From: Eledone cirrhosa
Lineage: Eukaryota
DNA: 64,000 nucleotides
Assembly: GCA_964016885.1 (NCBI GenBank)
Contig: OZ024740.1
Location: 7,874,001 to 7,938,000, forward strand
Direction: 5' to 3'
A program made the position numbers and the translations under genes. Position 1 is the stretch's first letter; each line of letters opens with the position of its first letter. This document shows, in pieces, positions 47,201 to 60,741 of this stretch. The notes below the pieces were generated by a model. That model saw nothing but the letters and a program-made list of their open reading frames with translations, was not told the DNA's origin and did no database searches.

Positions 47201-50200
47201 GCTTCGATTAGTATATCAGTTTCGATTGGTATGTCAGTTTCGATTGGTATATCAGTTTCGATTGGTATGTCACTTCCTATTGGTATATCAGTTTCGATTG
47301 GTATGTCAGTTTCTATTGGTATGTCAGTTTCGATTATTTATATCAGTTACTATTGGTATGTCAGTTTCGATTGTTATGTCAGTTCCGATTGGTATATCAG
47401 TTTCTATTGGTATGACAGTTTCGATTGGTATATCAGTTTCGATTGGTATGTCAGTTTGGATAGGTATGTCAGTTCCGGTTGGTATGTCAGTTTCGATTGG
47501 TATGTCAGTTTCGATTGGTATGTCAGTTTCGATTAGTATATCAGTTTCGATTGGTATATCAGTTTCTATTGGTATATCAGTTTCGATTGGTATGTCAGTT
47601 TCGATTGGTATGTCAGTTTGTATTGGTATGTCAATTTCGATTGGTATATCAGTTTCGATTGGTATATCAGCTTCAATTGGTATATCAGTTTCTATTGGTA
47701 TGTCAGTTTCTATTGGTATGTCAGTTTCTATTGGTATGTCAGTTTCTATTTGTATATCAGCTTCGATTGTTATATCAGTTTTGTTTAGTATGTCAGTTTC
47801 TATTGGTATGTCAGTTTCGATTAGTATATCAGTTTCTATTGGTATGTCAGTTTAGATTGCTATGACAGTTTTGATTGGTATGTTAGTTTCGATTGGTATG
47901 TCAGTTTCTATTGATATATCAGTTTCTATTGGTATGTCAGTTTCGATAGGTATGTCAGTTTTTATTGGTATATCAGTTTCGAATAGTATGTCAGTTTCTA
48001 TTGGTATGTCAGTTTCGATTATTATATCAGTTGCTATTGGTATGTCAGTTTCGATTGGTATGTCAGTTTCGATTGGTATATCAGTTTCTGTTGGTATGTC
48101 AGTTTCTATTGGTATATCAGCTTCGATTGGTATATCAGTTTAGATTAGTATGTCAGTATCTATTGGTATGTCAGTTTCAGTAGGTATATCAGTTTCTATA
48201 GGTATGTCAGTTTCTATTGGTATGTCAGTTTCTATTGGTATATCAGTTTCTATTGGTATGTCAGTTTTGATTGGTATATCAGTTTCGATTAGTATGTCAG
48301 TTTCGATTGGTATGTCAGTTTCGATTGGTATATCAGTTTCGATTGGTATGTCAGTTTCTATTGGTATGTCAGTTTCTATTGGTATGTCAGTTTCTATTGG
48401 TATATCAGTTTTGATTGGTATATCAGTTTCGTTTGGTATGTCAGTTTCGATTGGTATGTCAATTTCTATTGGTATATCAGTTTCGATTAGTATATCAGTT
48501 TCGATTGATATATCAGTTTCGATTAGTATGTCAGTTTCTAATGGTATGTCAGTTTCGATTAGTATATCAGTTTCGATTGGTATGTCAGTTTCGATTGGTA
48601 TGTCAGTTTCTATTGGTATATTAGTTTCGATTGATATATCAGTTTCGATTAGTATGTCAGATTCTAACGGTGTGTCAGTTTCGATTAGTATATCAGTTTC
48701 TATTGGTATGTCAGTTTCGATTGGTATGTCAGTTTATATTGGTATATCAGTTTCTATTGGTATGTCAGATTCGATTGGTATGTCAGTTTCGATTGGTATG
48801 TCAATTTCGATTGGTATATCAGTTTCGATTAGTATGTCAGTTTCTATTGGTATATCAGTTTCGATGGGTATGTCAGTTTCGATTGGTATGTGAGTTTCTA
48901 TTGGTATATCAGTTTCGATTAGTATGTCAGTTTCTATTGGTATGTCAGTTTCGATAGGAATGTTAGTCCTCGATTTGTATGTCAGTTTCTATTGGTATGT
49001 CAGTTTCGATTGGTATGTCAGTTTCTATTGGTATATCAGTTTCGAATGGTATGTCTGTTTCGATTAGTATATCAGTTTCTATAAGTATATCAGTTTCAAT
49101 TGTTATGTCAGTTTCTATTGGTATATCAGTTTCTATTGGTATGTCAGTTTCGATTTGTATATCAGTTACAATTGGTATGTTAGTTTCTATTGGTAAGTCA
49201 GCTTCGATTAGTATATCAGTTTCGATTGGTATGTCAGTTTAGATTGGTATATTAGTTTCGATTGGTATGTCAGTTTTTATTGGTATATCAGATTCTATTG
49301 GTATGTCAGTTTCTATTGGTATGTCAGTTTCTATTGGTATGTCAGTTTCTATAAGTATATCAGTTTCAATTGTTACGTCAGTTTCTATTGGTATGTCAGT
49401 TTCGATTGGTATATCAGTTTCTATTGGTATGTCAGTTTTGATTGGTATATCAGTTTGGATTAGTATTTCAGTTTTGATTGGTATGTCAGTTTCGATTGGT
49501 ATATCAGTTTCGATAGGTATATCAGTTTCGATTGGTATATCGGTTTCTGTTGGATTGTCAGTTTCGATTGGTATGTCAGTTTCTATTGGTATATCAGTTT
49601 CGATTGGTATGTCAGTTTCTATTGGTATGTCAGTTTCGATTGGAATGTCAGTTTTGATTGGTATGTCAGTTTATATCGGTATATCTGTTTCGATTGGTAT
49701 GTCAGTTTCTGTTGGATTGTCAGTTTCGATTGGTATGTCAGTTTCTATTGGTATGTCATTTTCTATTAGTATGTCAGTTTCTATTGGTATATCAGTTTTG
49801 ATTGGTATATCAGTTTCGATTGGTATGTCAGTTTCGATTGGTATGTCAGTTTCTATTGGTATGTCAGTTTCGATTATTATATCACTAACTATTGGTATGA
49901 CAGTTTCGATTGTTATGTCAGTTTCAATTGGTATGTCAGTTTGGATTGGTATGTCAGTTCCGATTGGTATGTCAGTTTCGATTGGTATATCAGTTTGGAT
50001 TTGTATATCAGTTTCGATTGGTATGTCAGTTTCTATTGGTATGTCAGTTTCGATTATTTATATCAGTTACTATTGGTATGTCAGTTTCGATTGTTATGTC
50101 AGTTCCGATTGGTATATCAGTTTCTATTGGTATGACAGTTTCGATTGGTATATCAGTTTTGATTGGTATGTCAGTTTGGATAGGTATGTCAGTTCCGGTT

Positions 50201-53200
50201 GGTATGTCAGTTTCGATTGGTATGTCAGTTTCGATTGGTATGTCAGTTTCGATTGGTATATCAGTTTCGATTGGTATATCAGTTTCTATTGGTATATCAG
50301 TTTCGATTGGTATGTCAGTTTCGATTGGTATGTCAGTTTGGATTGGTATGTCAATTTCGATTGGTATATCAGTTTCGATTGGTATATCAGTTTCAATTAG
50401 TATATCAGTTTCTATTGGTATGTCAGTTTCTATTGGTATGTCAGTTTCTATTGGTATGTCAGTTTCTATTGGTATATCAGCTTCGATTGTTATATCAGTT
50501 TTGTTTAGTATGTCAGTTTCTATTGGTATGTCAGTTTCGATTAGTATATCAGTTTCTATTGGTATGTCAGTTTAGATTGCTATGACAGTTTTGATTGGTA
50601 TGTTAGTTTCGATTGGTATGTCAGTTTCTATTGATATATCAGTTTCTATTGGTATGTCAGTTTCGATAGGTATGTCAGTTTTTATTGGTATATCAGTTTC
50701 GAATAGTATGTCAGTTTCTATTGGTATGTCAGTTTCGATTATTATATCAGTTGCTATTGGTATGTCAGTTTCGATTGGTATGTCAGTTTCGATTGGTATA
50801 TCAGTTTCTGTTGGTATGTCAGTTTCTATTGGTATATCAGCTTCGATTGGTATATCAGTTTAGATTAGTATGTCAGTATCTATTGGTATGTCAGTTTCAG
50901 TAGGTATATCAGTTTCTATAGGTATGTCAGTTTCTATTGGTATGTCAGTTTCTATTGGTATATCAGTTTCTATTGGTATGTCAGTTTCGATTGGTATATC
51001 AGTTTCGATTGGTATGTCAGTTTCTATTGGTATGTCAGTTTCTATTGGTATGTCAGTTTCTATTGGTATATCAGTTTTGATTGGTATATCAGTTTCTTTT
51101 GGTATGTCAGTTTCGATTGGTATGTCAATTTCTATTGGTATATCAGTTTCGATTAGTATATCAGTTTCGATTGATATATCAGTTTCGATTAGTATGTCAG
51201 TTTCTAATGGTATGTCAGTTTCGATTAGTATATCAGTTTCGATTGGTATGTCAGTTTCGATTGGTATGTCAGTTTCTATTGGTATATTAGTTTCGATTGA
51301 TATATCAGTTTCGATTAGTATGTCAGTTTCTAATGGTGTGTCAGTTTCGATTAGTATATCAGTTTCTATTGGTATGTCAGTTTCGATTGGTATGTCAGTT
51401 TATATTGGTATATCAGTTTCTATTGGTATGTCAGATTCGATTGGTATGTCAGTTTCGATTGGTATGTCAATTTCGATTGGTATATCAGTTTCGATTAGTT
51501 TGTCAGTTTCTATTGGTATATCAGTTTCGATGGGTATGTCAGTTTCGATTGGTATGTGAGTTTCTATTGGTATAACAGTTTCGATTAGTATGTCAGTTTC
51601 TATTGGTATGTCAGTTTCGATAGGAATGTTAGTCCTCGATTTGTATGTCAGTTTCTATTGGTATGTCAGTTTCGATTGGTATGTCAGTTTCTATTGGTAT
51701 ATCAGTTTCGAATGGTATGTCTGTTTCGATTAGTATATCAGTTTCTATAAGTATATCAGTTTCAATTGTTATGTCAGTTTCTATTGGTATATCAGTTTCT
51801 ATTGGTATGTCAGTTTCGATTTGTATATCAGTTACAATTGGTATGTTAGTTTCTATTGGTAAGTCAGCTTCGATTAGTATATCAGTTTCGATTGGTATGT
51901 CAGTTTAGATTGGTATATCAGTTTCGATTGGTATGTCAGTTTTTATTGGTATATCAGATTCTATTGGTATGTCAGTTTCTATTGGTATGTCAGTTTCTAT
52001 TGGTATGTCAGTTTCTATAAGTATATCAGTTTCAATTGTTACGTCAGTTTCTATTGGTATGTCAGTTTCGATTGGTATATCAGTTTCTATTGGTATGTCA
52101 GTTTTGATTGGTATATCAGTTTGGATTAGTATTTCAGTTTTGATTGGTATGTCAGTTTCGATTGGTATATCAGTTTCGATAGGTATATCAGTTTCGATTG
52201 GTATATCAGTTTCTGTTGGATTGTCAGTTTCGATTGGTATGTCAGTTTCTATTGGTATATCAGTTTCGATTGGTATGTCAGTTTTGATAGGTATGTCAGT
52301 TTTCATTGGTATATCAGTTTCGAATAGTAAGTCAGTTTCTATTGGTATGTCAGTTTCGATTATTATATCAGTTACTATTGGTATGTCAGTTTCGATTGGA
52401 ATGTCAGTTTCGATTGGTATGTCAGTTTATATCGGTATATCTGTTTCGATTGGTATGTCAGTTTCTGTTGGATTGTCAGTTTCGATTGGTATGTCAGTTT
52501 CTATTGGTATGTCATTTTCTATTAGTATGTCAGTTTCTATTGGTATATCAGTTTTGATTGGTATATCAGTTTCGATTGGTATGTCAGTTTCGATTGGTAT
52601 GTCAGTTTCTATTGGTATGTCAGTTTCGATTATTATATCACTAACTATTGGTATGTCAGTTTCGATTGTTATGTCAGTTTCAATTGGTATGTCAGTTTGG
52701 ATTGGTATGTCAGTTCCGATTGGTATGTCAGTTTCGATTGGTATATCAGTTTGGATTGGTATGTCAGTTTCGATTGGTATGTCAGTTTGGATTGGTATGT
52801 CAATTTCGATTGGTATATCAGTTTCGATTGGTATATCAGTTTCGATTGGTATATCAGTTTCTATTGGTATGTCAGTTTCTATTGGTATGTCAGTTTCTAT
52901 TGGTATATCAGCTTCGATTGTTATATCAGTTTTGTTTAGTATGTCAGTTTCTATTGGTATGTCAGTTTTGATTAGTATATCAGTTTCTATTGGTATGTCA
53001 GTTTAGATTGCTATGACAGTTTTGATTGGTATGTTAGTTTCGATTGGTATATCAGTTTCGATTGGTATGTCAGTTTCTATTGATATATCAGTTTCTATTG
53101 GTATGTCAGTTTTGATAGGTATGTCAGTTTTCATTGGTATATCAGTTTCGAATAGTAAGTCAGTTTCTATTGGTATGTCAGTTTCGATTATTATATCAGT

Positions 53201-56200
53201 TGCTATTGGTATGTCAGTTTCGATTGGTATATGAGTTTCTGTTGGTATGTCTGTTTCTATTGGTATATCAGCTTCGATTGGTATATCAGTTTAGATTAGT
53301 ATCTCAGTTTCTATTGGTATGTCAGTTTCGGTCAGTATATCAGTTTCTAGTGGTATGTCAGTTTTGATTGCTATGTCAGTTTCAATTGGTATATCAGTTT
53401 CGATTGGTATATCACTTTCGATTGGTATATCAGTTTCTATTGGTATATCAGTTTCGATTGGTATGTCAGATTTGATTGGTATATCAGTTTCGATTGGTAT
53501 ATCAGTTTCTAATGGTATGTCAGTTTCGATTATTATATCAGTTACTATTGGTATCTCACTTTCGATTGGTATGTCAGTTTCGATTGGTACATCAGTTTCG
53601 ATTGGTATGTCAGTTTCTATTGGTATATCAGTTTCTATTTGTATGTCTGTTTCAATAGGTATGTCAGTTTCTATTGGTATATCAGTTTCGATTGGTATGT
53701 TAGTTTCTATTGGTATGTCAGTTTCGATTATTATATCAGTTACTATTGGTATGTCAGTTTCGATTGTTATGTCAGTTTCGATTAGTATATCAGTTTCTAT
53801 TGGTACGTCAGTTTCGATAAGTATGTTAGTCCTCGATTTGTATGTCAGTTTCTATTGGTATATCAGTTTCGATGATTATGTCAGTTTCGGTTGGTATGTC
53901 AGTTTCTATTGGTATATCAGTTTCGAATGGTATGTCTGTTTCGATTAGTATATCAGTTTCTATTAGTATATCAGTTTCAATTGTTATGTCAGTTTCTATT
54001 GGTATATCAGTTTCTATTGGTATGTCAGTTTCTATTTGCATATCAGTTACAATTGGTATGTTAGTTTCTATTGGTAAGTAAGCTTCGATTAGTATATCAG
54101 TTTCGATTGGTATGTCAGTTTCGATTGGTATATCAGTTTCGATTGGTATGTCAGTTTCTATTGGTATATCAGTTTCTATTGGTATGTCAGTTTCTATTGG
54201 TATGTCAGTTTCTATTGCTATATCAGTTTCTATTAGTATGTCAGTTTCGATAGGTATGTCACTTCCTATTGGTATATCAGTTTCGATTGGTATGTCAGTT
54301 TCTATTGTTATGTCAGTTTCGATTATTTATATCAATTACTATTGGTATGTCAGTTTCGATTGGTATATCAGTTTCTATTGGTATGACAGTTTCGATTGGT
54401 ATATCAGTTTCGATTGGTATGTCAGTTTGAATTGGTATGTCAGTTCCGATTGGTATGTCAGTTTCGATTGGTATGTCAGTTTCGATTGGTATATCAGTTT
54501 CGATTGGTATATCAGCTTCGATTGGTATATCACTTTCGATTGGTATGTCAGTTTCTATTGGTATGTCAGTTTCTATTGGTATGTCAGTTTCTATTGGTAT
54601 ATCAGTTTTGATTGGTATATCAGTTTCGATTGGTATGTCAGCTTCGATTGGTATGTCAGTTTCTATTGGTATGTCAGTTTTGATTATTATATCACTAACT
54701 ATTGGTATGTCAGTTTCGATTGTTATTACAGTTTCAATTGGTATGTCAGTTTCGATTAGTATATCAGTTTCGATTGGTATATCAGTTTCGATTGGTATAT
54801 CAGTTTCGATTGGTATGTCAGTTTCGATTGGTATGTCAGTTTGGATTGGTATGTCAATTTCGATTGTTATATCAGTTTCGATTGGTATATCAGTTTCGAT
54901 TGGTATATCAGTTTCTATTGGTATGTCAGTTTCTATTGGTATGTCAGTTTCTATTGGTATGTCAGTTTCTATTGGTATATCAGCTTCGATTGTTATATCA
55001 GTTTTGTTTAGTATGTCAGTTTCTATTGGTATGTCAGTTTCGATTAGTACATCAGTTTCTATTGGTATATCAGTTTAGATTGCTATGACAGTTTTGATTG
55101 GTATGTTAGTTTCGATTGGTATATCAGTTTCGATTGGTATGTCAGTTTCAATTGATATATCAGTTTCTATTGGTATGTCAGTTTCGAATAGTAAGTCAGT
55201 TTCTATTGGTATGTCAGTTTCGATTATTATATCAGTTGTTATTGGTATGTCAGTTTCGATTGGTATGTCAGTTTCGATTGGTATATCAGTTTCTGTTGGT
55301 ATGTCAGTTTCTATTGGTATATCAGCTTCGATTGGTATATCAGTTTAGATTAGTATGTCAGTTTCTATTGGTATGTCAGTTTCGGTCAGTATATCAGTTT
55401 CTATAGGTATGTCAGTTTCTATTGGTATGTCAGTTTCTATTGGTATATTAGTTTTGATTGGTATATCAGTTTCGATTGGTATGTCAGTTTCTATTGGTAT
55501 GTCAGTTTCGATTATTATATCATTAACTATTGGTATGTCAGTTTCGATTGTTATGTCAGTTTCGATTGATATATCAGTTTCTATTGGTATGACAGTTCCG
55601 ATTGGAATATCAGTTTCGATTTGTATGTCAGTTTGGATTGGTATGTCAGTTCCGATTGGTATGTCATTTTCGATTGGTATATCAGTTTCGATTGGTATAT
55701 CAGTTTCGATTGGTATATCAGTTTCGATTGGTATGTCAGTTTCGATTGGTATGTCAGTTTGTATTGGTATGTCAATTTCGATTGGTATATCAGTTTCGAT
55801 TGGTATATCAGTTTCGATTGGTATGTCAGTTTCTATTGATATATCAGTTTCTATTGGTATGTCAGTTTCGTAAGGTATGTCAGTTTTTATTGGTATATCA
55901 GTTTCGAATAGTATGTCAGTTTCTATTGGTATGTCAGTTTCGATTATTATATCAGTTACTATTGGTATGTCAGTTTCGATTGGTATGTCAGTTTCGATTG
56001 GTATATCAGTTTCTGTTGGTATGTCAGTTTCTATTGGTATATCAGTTTCGACTGGTATATCACTTTCGATTGGTATGTCAGTTTCGATTGGTATATCAGT
56101 TTCGATTGGTATGTCAGTTTCTATTGGTATATCAGTTTCGACTGGTATGTCAGCTTTGATTGGTATATCAGTTTCGATTGGTATATCAGTTTCTAATGGT

Positions 56201-57576
56201 ATGTCAGTTTCGATTATTATATCAGTTACTATTGGTATCTCAGTTTCGATCGGTACGTCAGTTTCGATTGGTACATCAGTTTCGATTGGTATGTCAGTTT
56301 CTATTGGTATATCAGTTTCTATTGGTATGTCTGTTTCAATAGGTATGTCTGTTTCTATTGGTATATCAGTTTCGATTGGTATGTTAGTTTCTATTGGTAT
56401 GTCAGTTTCGATTATTATATCAGTTACTATTGGTATGTCAGTTTCAATTGTTATGTCAGTTTCGATTAGTATATCAGTTTCTATTGGTACGTCAGTTTCG
56501 ATACGTATGTTAGTGCTCGATTTGTATGTCAGTTTCTATTGGTATATCAGTTTCGATGGTTATGTCAGTTTCGATTGGTATGTCAGTTTCTATTGGTATA
56601 TCAGTTTCGAATGGTATGTCTGTTTCGATTAGTATATCAGTTTCTATTAGTATATCAGTTTCAATTGTTATGTCAGTTTCTATTGGTATATCAGTTTCTA
56701 TTGGTGTGTCAGTTTCTATTTGTATATCAGTTACAATTGGTATGTTAGTTTCTATTGGTAAGTCAGCTTCGATTAGTATATCAGTTTCGATTGGTATGTC
56801 AGTTTCGATTGATATATCAGTTTCGATTGGTATGTCAATTTCTATTGGTATATCAGTTTCTATTGGTATGTCAGTTTCTATTGGTATGTCAGTTTCTATT
56901 GCTATATCAGTTTCTATTAGTATTTCAGTTTCGATAGGTATGTCACTTCCTATTGGTATATCAGTTTCGCTTTGTATGTCAGTTTCAATTGGTATGTCAG
57001 TTTCGATTATTTATATCAGTTACTATTGGTATGTCAGTTTCGATTGTTATGTCAGTTTCGATTGGTATATAAGTTTCTATTGGTATGACAGTTTCGATTG
57101 GTATATCAGTTTCGACTGTTATATCAGTTTTGTTTAGTATGTCAGTTTCTATTGGTATGTCAGTTTCGATTAGTATATCTGTTTCTATTGGTATGTCAAT
57201 TTAGATTGCTATGACAGTTTTGATTGGTATATTAGTTTCGATTGGTATATCAGTTTCGATTGGTATGTCAGTTTCTATTGATATATCAGTTTCTATTGGT
57301 ATGTCAGTTTCGATAGGTATGTCAGTTTTTATTGGTATATCAGTTTCGAATAGTATGTCAGTTTCTATTGGTATGTCAGTTTCGATTATTATATCAGTTA
57401 CTATTGGTATGTCAGTTTCGATTGGTATGTCAGTTTCGATTGGTATATCAGTTTCTGTTGGTATGTCAGTTTCTATTGGTATATCAGCTTCGATTGGTAT
57501 ATCAGTTTAGATTAGTATGTCAGTTTCTATTGGTATGTCAGTTTCGGTCAGTATATCAGTTTCTATAGGTATGTCA
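32243..57576 (+). repeat. 18-bp satellite array (block 2), more diverged, with patchwork higher-order repeats of about 2.4-2.7 kb
   Basis: Recurrence offsets 2414 (33899/36313), 2720 (47862/50582), 2666 (48979/51645) and 4593 (41522/46115). Confidence 0.98.
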
Positions 57577-60500
57577 AATTCACCTCGTGGACGAGAATGC
57601 GAGCACTCTTCTTTGTTTCGCCCGCGGATGGCTAACATAACCCCATCTCCCCCCGCCCCCCACCAACCCCACCCTCCAAACGCGATCCAAAACTTCAGAG
57701 TTGGTACCATAAATGTAGGCACCCTAAACGGTCGCGCTAACGATGTTGTAGAAATGCTTGAACGTAAGGAGGTCGATGTTTGTTGTATTCAAGAGACCAG
57801 GTGGAGGGGTGGGTCTGCTAGATTCATTGAGGGTAAAAAACGATGTTATAAGCTTTTCTGGGTGGGAAACGACGATGGGCTGGGTGGAGTAGGAATCATG
57901 GTAGCAGAAAAGTGGGCAGATAAGATAATAGACGTAAATAGAGTGAACGACAGAATAATTAAAATACGACTTGTCCTCAATAGAACTACGGTGACAGTAA
58001 TATCTGCGTACGCACCCCAATCCGGACTGCCCGGCACTATAAAAGACAGATTCTATGAGACACTGATGCTAACTACCTCCCAAATATCCGACAGTGACTA
58101 TATAATTATCGCAGGCGACCTAAATGGTCACGTTGGACAACATTGTGACGGCTACGACGAAATCCATGGAGGCTATGGGTTTGGTACTAGAAATGAGGAA
58201 GGCTCCAGAATCCTGGAATTCTGTGATGCAAATAACCTAACTATCTGTAACACTAACTTCAAAAAACGTGACAATCACCTGATCACCTATAGATCCGGGG
58301 AACACACAAGCCAGGTAGATTATATCCTTACCAGAAGACGTGACAGAGTGTCTGTTGTAAACACTAAATCCCTCCCCCATGAAGAATGCACCTCCCAACA
58401 TAGACTGATAATTAGCGACCTCATAGTCAGGACGAGACGTACTCGACAGCAGAAGAGGACTATCCTCAGGAGAAAAATATGGAAGCTAAAGGACCCCACA
58501 GCCAGGAATAAATTTCAAAGCATATTACTTGATGCTTTCGACAGTAAGGAAGAACATTTAGAGTCGGACAATATAGAGGGAGAGTGGGAATTTCTGAAAG
58601 CAAACCTGCTGTTGGCGACAGACGAAGTCTGTGGCTGGAGCAGGCCTGTAGGCAGGAGGAGAGTAACATGGTGGTGGAACAGTAAGGTGGAGGGGTCAAT
58701 TAAGGCCAAAAAGCAGGCTTGGAAAGTATGGCGGGATGGGGGAAGTAGAGAGGACTATCAAGTGGCCAGGAGGGAAGCCAGGAGACAAGTGTACTTAGCA
58801 AGAAGGGAAGCTGAGGAAAGAAAGTTCAAGCATGTTCTACAACGCGATGACCAAAAACGTGAGGTGTTCAGGATTGCTAGGCAATGCGTCAAGGAAAACC
58901 GTGATATTGTCGGGGAGAAGTGTGTACTAAACGACGATGGCACACTTGCCATCACCGACGCTGATAAGAAGGTAGCTTGGAAGTGTCACTATGAAAGGCT
59001 ACTAAATGAGGAGAATAAATGGGAGAAAGACAGTCTCCCCCATGTCGACCCAATAGAGGGACCAGCAGTGTTAGTCGAGGGGAGTATAATAAGTAAGGCA
59101 ATCAAGGATATGAAGACGGGTAAGGCGGCTGGGCCTTCGGAAATAGTTGCTGAGATGCTGAAGGCATCTGGCACGGTGGGACACACCATGGTCACCTGCA
59201 TAGTTAACCAAGTCGTACAGAATGGGGTTGTTCCGAAGGACTGGCATAGCAGCATCATCGTTAACTGTTATAAGGGTAAAGGAGACGCCCTAGATAGGAG
59301 TAACTATAGAGGCATTAAAGTAATCGACCAGGTCATGAAGGTCACGGAAAAAGTAATAGCGCAACTAATCAGAGAGAGAATTGACCTAGATGAAATGCAG
59401 TTCGGGTTTGTGTCAGGCAAAAGTACCACAGACGCTCTTTTCATAGTACGACAACTACAGGAGAAGTTCCTAGCTAAAGGTAAACCCCTCTACTTAGCTT
59501 TTGTCGACTTGGAGAAAGCCTTCGACAGAGTCCCCCGCTCCATTATCTGGTGGGCTCTTAGAAAACTAGGCGTTGACGAATGGCTTGTGAGGGCTATACA
59601 AGCCATGTATAAAGAAACAGTCAGCAAGGTTAGAATTAACAACGAATATAGTGAAGAGTTTAGCGTAAAAGTTGGCGTCCATCAGGGCTCTGTTCTCAGC
59701 CCCCTACTATTTATTATTGCCCTTCACGCTATAACAGAAAAGTTCAAGACAGGCTGCCCATGGGAACACCTATACGCAGACGACCTGACACTCATAGCGG
59801 AATCAATGGCCGAGCTAGAGAAGAAATTCCAAACATGGAAGCACGGCCTAGAGTCAAAAGGACTTAAAATTAACCTGGCTAAGACCAAAGTTCTAGTTTG
59901 TAGGAAAGAAAACAAGGCGGCGGTCCCTTCTGGGAAATGGTCGTGCTCGTTGTGTAGGAAAGGCGTAGGTAGAAACTCCATTTTATGTCCTAAATGCAAA
60001 GTATGGGTGCATAAAAGATGTAGTGGGATCACAGGTAAGCTAACTAAGAACATAGATTTTACATGTGGCCGGTGTTCTGGTGCAATAAGTAGCAGCAAGT
60101 GCCCACAAAATACTAGCTCTTTCAATTGCGCAGAGGGTTCTATAGAAATAGTGGACAGCTTCCGTTACCTGGGCGATAAAATCAGTAGTGGGGGAGGGTG
60201 CTCTGAAAGTACTGTAGCTAGAGTCAGAACTGGTTGGAAAAAGTTCAGAGAGCTTATACCACTATTAGCTGCTAAAGGGTTCTCCCTAAAAATGAAAGGC
60301 AGGTTGTACGATGCCTGCATACGAACAGCAATGTTGCATGGCAGTGAGACCTGGGCATTGTGTGCAGAGGATATACGCAGACTAGAGAGGAACGAAGCTT
60401 GCATGCTTCGCTGGATGTGTAACAGTAATATACGTGAACGGCAAAGCATAAACGAACTAAGGAAAAAATTAGAGATAAGAGGGATCAGATGTTGTTTACT

Positions 60501-60741
60501 CGAGAGAAGGCTACGTTGGTATGGACACGTGATGCGCATGAAAGTCGATAGCTGTATAACAAAGTGCAGGGCAATAAAGATAGACGGTAGCCACGGAATA
60601 GGCAGACCTAGAAAGACCTGGGATGAGCTGATAAACTCCGACCTCACACACTTACACCTCTCCAAGACAATGTCACTGGACCGAGACCTTTGGCGGTACT
60701 CAGTAACAGAGAAGACCCGCCTTGCCAGTAGGCATCTCTAA
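57571..60741 (+). CDS. Uninterrupted RTE-A APE-RT-PHD ORF (1056 aa from the satellite-derived ATG at 57571; first element-encoded ATG at 57628)
   Basis: Track ORF 57517-60741; APE and RT motifs present including YADD; a 28-bp deletion removes the normal stop and gives the C-terminus RLASRHL. Confidence 0.92.
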   Translation: MSNSPRGRECEHSSLFRPRMANITPSPPAPHQPHPPNAIQNFRVGTINVGTLNGRANDVVEMLERKEVDVCCIQETRWRGGSARFIEGKKRCYKLFWVGNDDGLGGVGIMVAEKWADKIIDVNRVNDRIIKIRLVLNRTTVTVISAYAPQSGLPGTIKDRFYETLMLTTSQISDSDYIIIAGDLNGHVGQHCDGYDEIHGGYGFGTRNEEGSRILEFCDANNLTICNTNFKKRDNHLITYRSGEHTSQVDYILTRRRDRVSVVNTKSLPHEECTSQHRLIISDLIVRTRRTRQQKRTILRRKIWKLKDPTARNKFQSILLDAFDSKEEHLESDNIEGEWEFLKANLLLATDEVCGWSRPVGRRRVTWWWNSKVEGSIKAKKQAWKVWRDGGSREDYQVARREARRQVYLARREAEERKFKHVLQRDDQKREVFRIARQCVKENRDIVGEKCVLNDDGTLAITDADKKVAWKCHYERLLNEENKWEKDSLPHVDPIEGPAVLVEGSIISKAIKDMKTGKAAGPSEIVAEMLKASGTVGHTMVTCIVNQVVQNGVVPKDWHSSIIVNCYKGKGDALDRSNYRGIKVIDQVMKVTEKVIAQLIRERIDLDEMQFGFVSGKSTTDALFIVRQLQEKFLAKGKPLYLAFVDLEKAFDRVPRSIIWWALRKLGVDEWLVRAIQAMYKETVSKVRINNEYSEEFSVKVGVHQGSVLSPLLFIIALHAITEKFKTGCPWEHLYADDLTLIAESMAELEKKFQTWKHGLESKGLKINLAKTKVLVCRKENKAAVPSGKWSCSLCRKGVGRNSILCPKCKVWVHKRCSGITGKLTKNIDFTCGRCSGAISSSKCPQNTSSFNCAEGSIEIVDSFRYLGDKISSGGGCSESTVARVRTGWKKFRELIPLLAAKGFSLKMKGRLYDACIRTAMLHGSETWALCAEDIRRLERNEACMLRWMCNSNIRERQSINELRKKLEIRGIRCCLLERRLRWYGHVMRMKVDSCITKCRAIKIDGSHGIGRPRKTWDELINSDLTHLHLSKTMSLDRDLWRYSVTEKTRLASRHL

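Noticed and set aside
32243-57576. CCAAT (reverse ATTGG) and ISRE-like GAAACTGA motif in every monomer as transcription-factor arrays
   Set aside because: Short motifs with only partial consensus matches; nothing in the sequence supports function.
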